44,926 nucleotides of DNA, taken from an uncultured Gammaproteobacteria bacterium. Lineage in GTDB: Bacteria > Patescibacteriota > Patescibacteriia > UBA9934 > GWF2-40-263. The stretch covers positions 1-44,926 of the forward strand of contig CAYYFM010000073.1 of NCBI GenBank assembly GCA_964471375.1, written 5' to 3'. Under the pieces are notes generated by a model. It saw only the letters and a list, made by a program, of their open reading frames with translations, had not been told where the DNA came from and made no database searches. Positions 24,201-32,534 of the stretch are shown here, piece after piece; within the stretch, counting starts at the first letter, position 1; each line of letters opens with the position of its first letter. A program made the translations under genes and the position numbers.

Positions 24201-27200
24201 ATCCCACATCAGTTTTGAAGATGACGCTGTATCACAATCTGAAAGTCCGCCACCAGAAAGCCCTTCGCTAGAATCGGACGAAAGAGTGACATGGCCAGCA
24301 AAGGTGATACCACCACCGGAAACGAAGTCGGTTCCGCTGTCACCGATATTTGTGAGGAGATTTGTATTCGCATCGAGGGTTCCTGAAAGGGTGTGGGCAC
24401 CGAGTGTGTCGGTGGAATTGTCGAAGGTGATGCCTCCATTAGCTGCAAGAGCACCGGCGACGGAGGCGGTGGACGAAAGTGTTGTTGCACCTGTGACTCC
24501 CAGCGTAGATCCGGCAGAAACAGCGCCTGACAATGAAGTCGTCGTTGAAACGGTCAGAGCACCTGTCACATCAACTCCAGAATTCGCGTCGACATTTCCA
24601 GCGAATGTAACCTGTCCAGTCGAGGCAAAAGAGAGAGCGCCAGTTCCAGATGTGGACAGAGTTGCGGATCCAAGGACAATCGCGGTTGCGGCGTCGAGAG
24701 TGAGGCTGTCGGCGAGTTCGGTGAAGTCGAGCGCGTCGTCGACTATATCGACAGTCACTGCTGCCGTCTCAGATCCTGAACCAGAAATTGAGATGTCACC
24801 AGATCCTGCGTCGGAAAGCGTTGCGAGATAATTTCCAGTCGTGTCTGTTCCGAGAGCGATTGAGTTTGAGCCAATCGTTGTTGCTCCTGTTGAGGAGATG
24901 GAGATGTCACCAGAGATTGCGACGGGATTATAGTTTGTACCGTCCGCAACAAGGATGAATCCTGAGGTGTTCGTTGCCATGAAAAGGTCGTCACCAGAGA
25001 TCGTGACATCACCGCCGATGGTGGCGTTTCCTGTTGTTGAAAGAGTAGATCCAATACTAACAGCTCCCGTGAGTGTTGAAGTTCCTGCCACTGCCAGCGT
25101 AGACGAGAGAGTTGTTGCGCCTGTCACGCCAAGAGTAGATCCAGCAGTGACTGCACCAGAGAGAGTGGATGTTGTCGAGACAGTGAGTGCTCCCGTCACG
25201 TCGAAACCAGAGTTCGCGTCAACGTTTCCAGCGAACGTTACCTGTCCAGTCGATGCAAAAGAGAGAGCGCCAGTTCCTGACGTTGAAAGAGCGACGGAGC
25301 CTAGAGCGATGTTTGTTGCAGCATCGAGTGTGAGACTGTCGGCGAGTTCTGTGAAGTCGAGCGCGTCGTCGACGATGTCAATCGTGACCGCGGCGGTTTC
25401 GGAGCCAGAACCAGAAATTGAGATGTCCCCAGATCCTGCGTCGGAAAGCGTTGCGAGATAGTTTCCTGTCGTGTCTGTTCCAAGAGCGATTGAGTTTGAG
25501 CCAATGGTCACCGCACCAGTGGAGGAGATCGTCATGTCGCCAGAGATGGCCACTGGGTTATAATTTGTCCCGTCAGCGACGAGGATAAAACCTGACGTGT
25601 TTGTTGCCATGAACAGATCGTCGCCAGAGATCGTGACATCACCGCCGACGGTGGTATTTCCTGTTGTTGAAAGAGTAGATCCAATACTAACGGCTCCTGT
25701 GAGCGTTGATGTTCCCGAAACAGAAATAGACGATAGTGTTCCGACTCCCGTGATCGCCGTCGAGACAGCATCGTTTGTGTCGAGTAGCGCGGCGTCTTTT
25801 CCGTCGAGACGATCGAGTTCGGTTGCAGAGATGGTTGTTGATGTTGTCGTGATGTCATTTGAGCCAATCGCAAGTGCTGTGACGATATCAGAATCGGATG
25901 CATCGATTGCTGTTGTGATGGCTCCAGCCGCGGATGAAATTTCAAGGGCGGTTGTGACAGCTTCGTCGGTGTCTGCGTTATCAAGAACAAGAAGACGTTC
26001 GGTGTTTGTTGAACCAGTGGAGTTGGCATTCTGGAGAACGAAAAGACGTTGGGATGTTGCGTCTGTCGAACCATCGTTTGTGATGGTGTACGTCAAACCA
26101 TCAAATGCTGCTGCAGTTGACGCGGTATTCCAATCGAGGGTCTGGACGGTTTCATTCATCGCGACAGCACCGTTTCCGGATGGATCACCGATCACATCAA
26201 ACGCGGTCGCTGATCCAGAGTTCTGGTCCGATCCACAGGAAAATTTATTCGTCGTCGCGTCCCACATGAGTTTGGATGTCGAAGCGGTGTCACAGTCAGA
26301 AAGTCCGCCACCAGATAATCCCTCAGATGAATCTGACGAGAGTGTGACATGTCCAGCAAACGTAATTCCACCACCAGAAACGAAGTCAGTTCCGCTGTCA
26401 CCGATGTTCGTGAGGAGGTTTGTATTTGCATCGAGGGTTCCAGCAAGTGTGTGTGCTCCGAGCGTGTCAGTAGAGTTGTCGAAGGTGATGCCACCGTTTG
26501 CGGCGAGAGCGCCAGCGACGGATGCTGTGGAGGAGAGAGTTGTTGCACCGGTTACACCAAGAGTCGAACCAACGGAGACAGCTCCAGACAGTGTTGAAGT
26601 CGTAGAAACAGTGAGTGCTCCTGTCACGTCGAGACCGGAGTTCGCGTCAACATTTCCAGCGAACGTTACCTGTCCAGTCGAAGCAAAAGAGAGAGCGCCA
26701 GTTCCAGACGTTGAAAGAGCGACAGAACCAAGAGCGATGTTTGTAGCAGCATCGAGCGTGAGGCTGTCCGCGAGTTCGGTGAAGTCAAGCGCGTCGTCTA
26801 CTATATCGACAGTCACTGCTGCCGTCTCAGACCCTGAACCAGAAATAGAAATGTCACCAGATCCTGCGTCGGAAAGCGTTGCGAGATAATTTCCTGTTGA
26901 ATCTGTTCCAAGAGCGACTGAGTTTGCGTCAATCGTTGTTGCTCCTGTTGAGGAGAAGGAGATGTCACCAGAGATTGCGACGGGATTATAGTTTGTACCG
27001 TCCGCAACAAGGATGAATCCTGAGGTGTTCGTTGCCATGAATAGATCGTCTCCAGTAACAGTGAGATCACCACCAACTGTGGTGTTTCCTGTCGTGCTTA
27101 GTGTCGAGCCTGTACTGACAGCTCCTGTGAGTGTTGATTCTCCAGAAACGGACACGGAAGAGAGTGTTGATGCTCCACTTACAGAAAGTGTGGAACCAGC

Positions 27201-29033
27201 AGAAACAGCACCGGACAATGTGGATGCGCCTGAGACAGTGAGAGCACCAGTCACGTCTGCGCCAGCGTTTGCATCGACATTTCCAGCAAATGTGACCTGT
27301 CCGGTCGAGACGAATGAAAGTGCGCCTGTTCCAGATGTAGACAGTACAGATGATCCGATGGCAATGTCTGTTGCGGCGTCAAGCGTGAGACTGTCTGCAA
27401 ATTCAGTGAAATCAAGCGCGTCGTCGGTGATGTCGATTGTTACTGACGCGGATTCAGAGCCGGATCCAGTAACCGTCAGATCTCCAGCTCCTGCATCGGC
27501 AAATACGGCGAGATAGTTTCCCGTCGTGTCCGCTCCGAGCTCAGCCGCATTTGGTGTAAGAGTGGTTGTTCCATTTGATGCGAGGATGACATCCCCCGAG
27601 ACAGCGACGGGATTATAGTTGATGCCGTCGGCAACCAGGATAAATCCGTCTGTGTTTGTTGTGAGGAATAGATCGTCACCCGTTATTATGAGATCGCCGC
27701 CAACCGTTGTATTTCCTGCTGTTGAAAATGTAGAACCAGCTGCAACAGCGCCTGCCAACGTCGTCACGCCCGAGACGGTGAATGCGCCTGTAACATCTGC
27801 ACCATTTGTCGCATCCACATTCCCCGCAAAGGTAACCTGTCCAGTCGAAGCAAATGAAAGAGCACCTGTTCCAGAAGTAGAAAGAGTTGAGGAACCAAGA
27901 GCGACATCTGTTGAACTGTCGAGGGTCAATGCATCAGCGAGCTCAGTGAAGTCTAGCGCGTCATCAACGATATCGATAGTCACAGCCGCGTTTTCTGATC
28001 CAGATCCAGTGATAGACAAATCCCCTGCTCCTGCATCTGAAAGTGTGGCGAGATAATTTCCTGAAGTGTCACTCGCGAGGTCAACGGCATTTGATTGAAT
28101 CGTTAACACGCCCAAATCGGACAGACTTGCATCTCCTGAAACTCCGATCGGTGTGAAATCTGTTCCGTTTGCAATGAGCAGAAAGCCTGATGTGTTTATT
28201 CCCATGGAGAGATTGTTTCCACTGATAGTGATGTCACCTGTTACGGTGAGATCAGAACCTGTTGTGACGACACCCGACAATGTTGATGATCCAGAAACAG
28301 AAAGGGATGCAAAGCTCGCGAGATCTGAAACAAAATCTCCGGCGATTGTAAGATCACCCGTTGATGTGAGTGAGTTCGTTGCATTGAAAAAATTGATTGA
28401 TCCAGTAACGCTCGATCCTTGCAATGTGAGAGAGTTGCTTCCTGTTGCGGTCACAGACGGATTCGTATCTCCAAGAACAAGTGAGCCGTCTGTAAGAACG
28501 GGAATCTGTTCGTCGACCGCCGACTGTGATGGAGTGTATCCACCAACGGAGTTGCTATTAATCGCATACCCAGAAGCACCGATACGCAATCGTGGTGAGA
28601 GTGTTTCAAATGTCACTCCTGTGCATGAACTACTAATTTGTTCAGCGACTTCGATGTTGAGATACGCTTCGTCCGTATCAAAAAAATCGAAATCGAGTGC
28701 GTCACCATCTGCAGACGTATCACCGATGCCTACTGAGTACACACCATCAACAACTTCGACGGTCATGGTGGACGGAGCACTCGATGGCCATAACGCTGTA
28801 TCAGGTGCTCCTACGACAGAGTCGCTATACATCGAAAAGCGAAAACAAAAATCTGTCCCATCACCCCCAAGTAAATTTCCTTCTCCATCAAGCAGTCTTC
28901 CTTGATGGTTTAAGATTTCGGGAACACCTGTTGCAGCAAGCAAAACAGCGGGATACCGAAGTATTCCCGTCAACACTAATATTAGACACACGAGACTTGT
29001 GATTATTCGTCTCATAGTTCGTTCGCTGACCAT
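21255..29033 (-). CDS. giant repetitive secreted fibre/adhesin-like protein (2592 aa)
   Basis: Uninterrupted 7.8-kb ORF with:
- a signal peptide
- six ~200-aa A modules (..GDDLFMATNTSGFILVADGTNYNPVAISGD..TGNYLATLSDAGSGD..DDALDFTELADSLTLD..)
- two full and one divergent ~270-aa B modules
- a Cys-containing distal domain
- a phage-tailspike-chaperone-like segment
- an acidic tail
An alternative start is ATG 29015 (MRRIITS). Confidence 0.85.
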   Translation of the reverse strand: MVSERTMRRIITSLVCLILVLTGILRYPAVLLAATGVPEILNHQGRLLDGEGNLLGGDGTDFCFRFSMYSDSVVGAPDTALWPSSAPSTMTVEVVDGVYSVGIGDTSADGDALDFDFFDTDEAYLNIEVAEQISSSCTGVTFETLSPRLRIGASGYAINSNSVGGYTPSQSAVDEQIPVLTDGSLVLGDTNPSVTATGSNSLTLQGSSVTGSINFFNATNSLTSTGDLTIAGDFVSDLASFASLSVSGSSTLSGVVTTGSDLTVTGDITISGNNLSMGINTSGFLLIANGTDFTPIGVSGDASLSDLGVLTIQSNAVDLASDTSGNYLATLSDAGAGDLSITGSGSENAAVTIDIVDDALDFTELADALTLDSSTDVALGSSTLSTSGTGALSFASTGQVTFAGNVDATNGADVTGAFTVSGVTTLAGAVAAGSTFSTAGNTTVGGDLIITGDDLFLTTNTDGFILVADGINYNPVAVSGDVILASNGTTTLTPNAAELGADTTGNYLAVFADAGAGDLTVTGSGSESASVTIDITDDALDFTEFADSLTLDAATDIAIGSSVLSTSGTGALSFVSTGQVTFAGNVDANAGADVTGALTVSGASTLSGAVSAGSTLSVSGASTLSSVSVSGESTLTGAVSTGSTLSTTGNTTVGGDLTVTGDDLFMATNTSGFILVADGTNYNPVAISGDISFSSTGATTIDANSVALGTDSTGNYLATLSDAGSGDISISGSGSETAAVTVDIVDDALDFTELADSLTLDAATNIALGSVALSTSGTGALSFASTGQVTFAGNVDANSGLDVTGALTVSTTSTLSGAVSVGSTLGVTGATTLSSTASVAGALAANGGITFDNSTDTLGAHTLAGTLDANTNLLTNIGDSGTDFVSGGGITFAGHVTLSSDSSEGLSGGGLSDCDTASTSKLMWDATTNKFSCGSDQNSGSATAFDVIGDPSGNGAVAMNETVQTLDWNTASTAAAFDGLTYTITNDGSTDATSQRLFVLQNANSTGSTNTERLLVLDNADTDEAVTTALEISSAAGAITTAIDASDSDIVTALAIGSNDITTTSTTISATELDRLDGKDAALLDTNDAVSTAITGVGTLSSISVSGTSTLTGAVSIGSTLSTTGNTTVGGDVTISGDDLFMATNTSGFILVADGTNYNPVAISGDMTISSTGAVTIGSNSIALGTDTTGNYLATLSDAGSGDISISGSGSETAAVTIDIVDDALDFTELADSLTLDAATNIALGSVALSTSGTGALSFASTGQVTFAGNVDANSGFDVTGALTVSTTSTLSGAVTAGSTLGVTGATTLSSTLAVAGTSTLTGAVSIGSTLSTTGNATIGGDVTISGDDLFMATNTSGFILVADGTNYNPVAISGDISISSTGATTIGSNSIALGTDTTGNYLATLSDAGSGDISISGSGSETAAVTVDIVDDALDFTELADSLTLDAATAIVLGSATLSTSGTGALSFASTGQVTFAGNVDANSGVDVTGALTVSTTTSLSGAVSAGSTLGVTGATTLSSTASVAGALAANGGITFDNSTDTLGAHTLSGTLDANTNLLTNIGDSGTDFVSGGGITFAGHVTLSSDSSEGLSGGGLSDCDTASSSKLMWDASTNKFSCGSDQTSSTATTFDAIGDPSGNGAVAMAETVQTLDWNTASTAAVFDGMTYTITNDSSTDSTSQRLFILQNANTTGSSATERLFVLDNADTNEAVTTALEISSAAGAITTAIDATDSDIVTALAIGSNDITTTSTTISATELDRLDGKDATLLDTNDAVSTAITGLGTLSTLTTSGNATIGGDVTISGDDLFMATNTSGFILVADGTNYNPVAISGDMTISSAGAVTIGSNSIALGTDTTGNYLATLSDAGSGDISISGSGSETAAVTVDIVDDALDFTELGDTLTLDAALSISGSASRTIDWSRTLTNATAENAMTISTIATDTTSATSSQFGLYVDNVASTEALDASIVLDNSDTDDVVGTAIKIIDAGGGFTSVIDNAGTLISGAELNRLDGKDAALVDQNDLTASDGSGATSSGSGLETGTGGIGLIQGCADGDILTWNDSSAVWQCGPNGAADTATFTDTTTELASFTTAADIWDGTFPNITVNTATATVLIAVNIRGTSDDANDQNPVFTIRRAQNSNPTCSSTQVGGEFVGDFLTANSEDWGASATFVDTGAFSASDNVRYTICTTTTGLDDGNTDEIRVSLVELGADLAENYYTTDDSIGPGDVVELDPSIPAGVKKASSPYNKNVIGVVSTAPGIILDDATGIGYGRAVPVALAGRIPVMVSTENGVVKAGDLLTSSSEPGVAMKATQAGQIIGQAMQDYGYNETQGLISMFIKTDFYNGTSSDQTTLDLTDLALVDGITFQTTGKFLHGILVDSIGSLSDLIAIQNDTIFFGRPYFNADMGGFARVSFGDRMVRVEFEDEYLDQPVVTASLTIESSDGSSVTAQTEQAFFNSGLSFIVTDKNTTGFTILLNRSAPADLLFSWTALAIRDARTEYSESGGHEEIRPSNDLQEIEEIEKIQVVEDIIPVIASETKQSSESEEEMTEEIAAPSARNDTEEEIDTSLSTELVESIEVPYVEIIETEIVE
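21351..21434. repeat. inverted pair of CATTGCGAG..GCAATC hairpin units (third small-repeat family)
   Basis: GTCATTGCGAGccgaaggcgcgGCAATC (21351-21378) and GATTGCttcgtttcaCTCGCAATGAC (21409-21434). Read in frame in the giant gene as VIASETKQSSES..EEIAAPSARNDT. Confidence 0.8.
23300..28300. repeat. high-identity internal tandem repeats of the giant gene
   Basis: The antisense shadow ORFs 23581-24831 and 25597-26889 translate almost identically. Strings such as GATCCTGCGTCGGAAAGCGTTGCGAGATA recur at about 24800, 25430 and 26860. The super-repeat period is about 2.0-2.06 kb and the A-module spacing about 0.6 kb. Confidence 0.9.
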
Positions 29034-29055
29034 TATAGGTCAATATTATTGTAAC

Positions 29056-29080
29056 AAAAAAATTGCTCAGGTGCGAGCAA
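29056..29080 (-). terminator. rho-independent terminator after the GT2 gene
   Basis: On the minus strand, TTGCTC-gcacct-GAGCAA is followed by a T7 run. Confidence 0.65.
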
Positions 29081-29098
29081 ATTTGTGGATAACATTTT

Positions 29099-30589
29099 TT
29101 AGGTTTTCCTGATTTTTTTTGTGACGTTAAATCCAAGATACTTTCCGAGCATCAATCGTGTCTGCGCATCGATTGCTGGCAAAGCTCCAAACAAAATAAA
29201 TGTAATAGGAAGCAGTGCCCACTGTAAAATCATCATCACCCATGCGTGTTTCATAACGGTTTTTGGACGCGGGGGTAATAAAAAGAGCGACATCAATCCT
29301 GAAACAAAAACTCCGATCATGGAAAGACGCATGAGCCACTCAAGGGTAAACGGTGCGGTTTGCACGAGAGCGTTTGGTGAAGAACTCGTTACATACAGAG
29401 GCAACCAACCCAAAATAAAAATCAACAATGGAGCGGTAGCCCATGTATACATTCCTTCCATGTGATTAAACAGGTATTTAAATTTTGCCGCGCGGGAAAT
29501 TTTTGGGTGCTTGCGAAACTGATCAATCATGTACGGCAAATGTTCAACTCCCCATGCCCAACGACGCATTTGTTTATAGAGTGCAACAAGAGCGGCATAA
29601 TACGTTTGTCCAGAAACCGTATCCATCGATACTGGCATAAACATCGGTGTTACGCGATAGTTTCCTTCATAATGTAAAAACGCCTGCATAAAAATCCGTG
29701 AATCCTCTGTCACAATATCTTTTTGCCAAAATCCCACGTCCTTCAACATCACCCACGGCATCGAGTGAGAAGAAAATGTCCAAAGTCGTTCTGGTCTCGC
29801 AAGCTCTGTTAAAATCCAAAAGGTTGTTCCAAATGCCGCAATGCGAACAGGAGCAGGAGTTGTCCAGATATTGTTAGCAAAAAGAGCGACTGGTTGATAG
29901 GAAGTGCGAAGTGGTTGATCTACTGTGGTGTAAAGATAGCTAAGGTAAGCGAAATATTGAGGATGGACGACCGTGTCCACATCAAAACAGGAAACAACGA
30001 TTTGCTCATCTGTAATCTCTGAACAGTCACGTGAGAGGATTTCAGCGACCTGCTTTCCGGAATGATGCAAATTAGACCCCTTTCCTGGAACTTCATCCGG
30101 CTGGTTCATCGGATGCTCGGTCACGATAATTTTTTGAAAAACATTTCCAAATTCCCTCCGAACAAGCTCTGCATTTTTTTGAAAGTGAACGGAATCTCTT
30201 TGCTCACCAGCCAAAACAATCATCAACCGATCATTTGGAAAGGCACAATCGCGAATGGATCGAAGTGTTCCACGAATAATGTCGATATTCTCCTGATATG
30301 TCGGAAGAAAAATAAGATGATGAATGTTTTGGGAAGAAGGAATCATCGCGAGTTTACTCAACCAATCTGTCGCGATCGTTGTGCGATATGATTTCCACGC
30401 GCCCATGAGATGAACGACGAAATATAAAACGCGAAACAACCAAAATAAATCAAAGATGATGATGAAAACAATAACCCAAACCGGCACGACAAACGACAAT
30501 AAAATCGAAAAGCCCAAGGTGAGCCAAAACAGCAAACCTTGGAACATTTCCCAAAACCGATGTGTTCCGTAACGATACCCGTCATTCAT
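29099..30589 (-). CDS. membrane-embedded processive family-2 glycosyltransferase (cellulose/chitin-synthase-like)
   Basis: FLPTYQE.., CFDVDTVV (DxD), VTEDSRIF (TED) and KQMRRWAWG (QxxRW), with N- and C-terminal TM bundles. Confidence 0.8.
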   Translation of the reverse strand: MNDGYRYGTHRFWEMFQGLLFWLTLGFSILLSFVVPVWVIVFIIIFDLFWLFRVLYFVVHLMGAWKSYRTTIATDWLSKLAMIPSSQNIHHLIFLPTYQENIDIIRGTLRSIRDCAFPNDRLMIVLAGEQRDSVHFQKNAELVRREFGNVFQKIIVTEHPMNQPDEVPGKGSNLHHSGKQVAEILSRDCSEITDEQIVVSCFDVDTVVHPQYFAYLSYLYTTVDQPLRTSYQPVALFANNIWTTPAPVRIAAFGTTFWILTELARPERLWTFSSHSMPWVMLKDVGFWQKDIVTEDSRIFMQAFLHYEGNYRVTPMFMPVSMDTVSGQTYYAALVALYKQMRRWAWGVEHLPYMIDQFRKHPKISRAAKFKYLFNHMEGMYTWATAPLLIFILGWLPLYVTSSSPNALVQTAPFTLEWLMRLSMIGVFVSGLMSLFLLPPRPKTVMKHAWVMMILQWALLPITFILFGALPAIDAQTRLMLGKYLGFNVTKKIRKT

Positions 30590-30646
30590 ACCATCTCCAA
30601 CTAACCATCCGGCACCATCCTGTCCAAAATTAGGCTCCGACTTTAA

Positions 30647-30687
30647 GAAAAGTCTTCAACATATTTTCGATATGTTTCAGACTTTTC
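30647..30687. repeat. 18-bp-stem hairpin between genes
   Basis: GAAAAGTCTTCAACATAT-tttcg-ATATGTTTCAGACTTTTC with two mismatches. Confidence 0.7.
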
Positions 30688-30750
30688 TTTTCGTCTCGCC
30701 ATGATTTTGAACAGGCTATGCCGAAGCGTTAATTGGAGATAGTATCACAC

Positions 30751-31428
30751 TTATTTTTCACTGGTTAAATCGCGGCGGAGCTTATCAAGACAACGTGTGG
30801 CGTGATCCCGTCCTCCAAGTCCAAACGCGAGTCCACCCGCAAGAGCAAGCATCGCGACAAGTCCAGTAAAGAGCGTGTTAATGAGTCCAGGGGCAATTTG
30901 AAGTTGAACGAGCGCTGCCATAAACGAGAACAAGAGAATCGCCCATTTTGCGATTCCAGATAGAAAATCTGCACTGGCAAGTTCTGCCGCTTCGACCGTT
31001 GTTTTTACAACATTACGCACGAATGTCGCGAGCAATATTCCCGCGAGCAAAATAATCACGGCAATAATAACATTCGGAATATACGTAACAACTTCAGATA
31101 AGTAGTCCGTTACCTGATCCCAACCAAGAATATCTGTCGCCGCGACAAGAGCGACGATGATAAGAAACCATCTCACAATCCATCCAAGAAGTTTTCCAAC
31201 ATGAAGACGGATTCCAATTTTTTCAAGCGAGACTTTCACCTCTAGTTTCGCAACGAGTTCGTCGATGCGCAGAAGCTGAATAACTTTTATGATAACGGTC
31301 TGCAAAACAGAAGCGATAATCATCCCAATAAGGAAAACGAGAATGGCTCCAAGAACGTTCGGAAGATACGCAATGATGCTGTCCCAAAGTCCAAGAACGG
31401 AACTTTGAATGATGTCAACGGCTTGCAT
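30751..31428 (-). CDS. multi-pass membrane protein (conserved TM-helix-repeat / MscS-N-terminal-like)
   Basis: 225 aa with a repeated pattern (..IAYLPNVLGAILVFLIGMIIA.. / ..VTYIPNVIIAVIILLAGILLA..). Family call is from recollection only. Confidence 0.45.
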   Translation of the reverse strand: MQAVDIIQSSVLGLWDSIIAYLPNVLGAILVFLIGMIIASVLQTVIIKVIQLLRIDELVAKLEVKVSLEKIGIRLHVGKLLGWIVRWFLIIVALVAATDILGWDQVTDYLSEVVTYIPNVIIAVIILLAGILLATFVRNVVKTTVEAAELASADFLSGIAKWAILLFSFMAALVQLQIAPGLINTLFTGLVAMLALAGGLAFGLGGRDHATRCLDKLRRDLTSEK

Positions 31429-31456
31429 AGGATTGAAATTAGGAAATTAGGGAAAT

Positions 31457-31837
31457 TTAGGTTATGTGAGGAGGGCGGTTGTAGGTTGGTATGGCGAAGG
31501 AAATGGATTTTTTTAGGTCGATTTGGGTTGCAATTTGATCGATCGAGAGATGATCTGGATTCTCGAGTGGAATAACCGGGATTTGTTTCACAAATGCAAT
31601 CGTGTTTGCGATAACGGTGGAGATGCGACTGGATGTGAATGATCCGGGCCCTGTCACCACAGCGACGGCACTCAGTTCAGATGGTTCAATTCCCCACTCT
31701 CCCATAGTGGAGTCAACTGTGGATAAGTATTGTTCTGGCCTGACGCTAACGGTCTTACTGACGACAAGAACTCCATCCTGTACATGTCCAAGCGACAGAA
31801 AACCAATATCTTGTCCACAGATCAACAACGTCTCCAT
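31457..31837 (-). CDS. tsaB: TsaB-like protein (short form)
   Basis: VAVVTGPGSFTSSRISTVIANTIAF matches the GPGSFTGLRIG motif of the t6A-synthesis protein TsaB. Only 126 aa. Confidence 0.6.
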   Translation of the reverse strand: METLLICGQDIGFLSLGHVQDGVLVVSKTVSVRPEQYLSTVDSTMGEWGIEPSELSAVAVVTGPGSFTSSRISTVIANTIAFVKQIPVIPLENPDHLSIDQIATQIDLKKSISFAIPTYNRPPHIT

Positions 31838-31840
31838 ATA

Positions 31841-32452
31841 CTATACCTTTACTCGGTCAATCATCACAATCTTCTCTCCTTCGAGAATCGAAAATAGGAA
31901 CCGGTCTGTAACCTGTCGGCGATACAAAAACTCCTCTTTTGGCATGAGGGTATAGTTGATTTCATGCCCCATTTCACTTTCGCACTGTGAGACAACTTTC
32001 TGGAGCGCTTTTTGATCAACGGTCCCAACGATCAATATATCCGTCGGAAGATCAGAAACCCCAACAAAACGACCAGTAAACGCTAGGTATGCGATTTCCC
32101 CTTTTTCATCAATCTCTTGAACAAGATTATTCTTCAAGAAAATGCTGGATTTTGAAAAAAGTGAACGTAAATCTTCAAAAAGCACGAATTTCGGATTCAC
32201 AATGTAAAACTTCTTTTTTTCCCCAAGTCTTGCTACTGTTTTTGAAACGGGTTGGTCTATTTTCTCAATAATAATACCTAATTCAACTAAATTCTGTAGT
32301 TCACGTCGCACGGAATTCAACTGAGCGTCGATCCTTCTCGTAAGCTCGCGTACAAAAAAAGCCTGTTCAGAATGCTGCAAAAACAGGGCAAGCAGGCGAG
32401 CCCGTGTCTTTGAACCAAACAACTGTTCAAGTTTAAATCCCTGGTTGTTCAC
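31841..32452 (-). CDS. winged-helix transcriptional regulator
   Basis: FGSKTRARLLALFLQHSEQAFFVRELTRRIDAQLNSVRRELQNLVELGII is a typical ArsR/MarR-like wHTH N-terminus. Confidence 0.55.
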   Translation of the reverse strand: MNNQGFKLEQLFGSKTRARLLALFLQHSEQAFFVRELTRRIDAQLNSVRRELQNLVELGIIIEKIDQPVSKTVARLGEKKKFYIVNPKFVLFEDLRSLFSKSSIFLKNNLVQEIDEKGEIAYLAFTGRFVGVSDLPTDILIVGTVDQKALQKVVSQCESEMGHEINYTLMPKEEFLYRRQVTDRFLFSILEGEKIVMIDRVKV

Positions 32453-32471
32453 AGATGGGACAGTCCTCCTG

Positions 32472-32499
32472 TTGCAGTGGATGAACGATTGTATATAAT
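32472..32499 (+). promoter_or_regulatory. sigma70-like promoter TTGCAG-16nt-TATAAT
   Basis: -35 at 32472-32477 and -10 at 32494-32499, 36 nt upstream of ATG 32535. Confidence 0.45.
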
Positions 32500-32534
32500 G
32501 TACTCAACAAGAGACAAACGCGCAATGCCTGTGT

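Noticed and set aside
23581-28905. Series of 145-430-aa plus-strand ORFs (23581, 24955, 25597, 27013, 27619, 28153).
   Set aside because: All lie antisense within the uninterrupted 7.8-kb minus-strand ORF. Their near-identical Ser/Pro/Val-rich translations simply mirror the repeat modules of the giant gene.
21255-29033. Diversity-generating retroelement target or template within the repetitive giant gene.
   Set aside because: There is no reverse transcriptase gene or non-coding template repeat nearby. Differences between the repeat copies are not restricted to adenine-templated positions as far as can be judged by eye.
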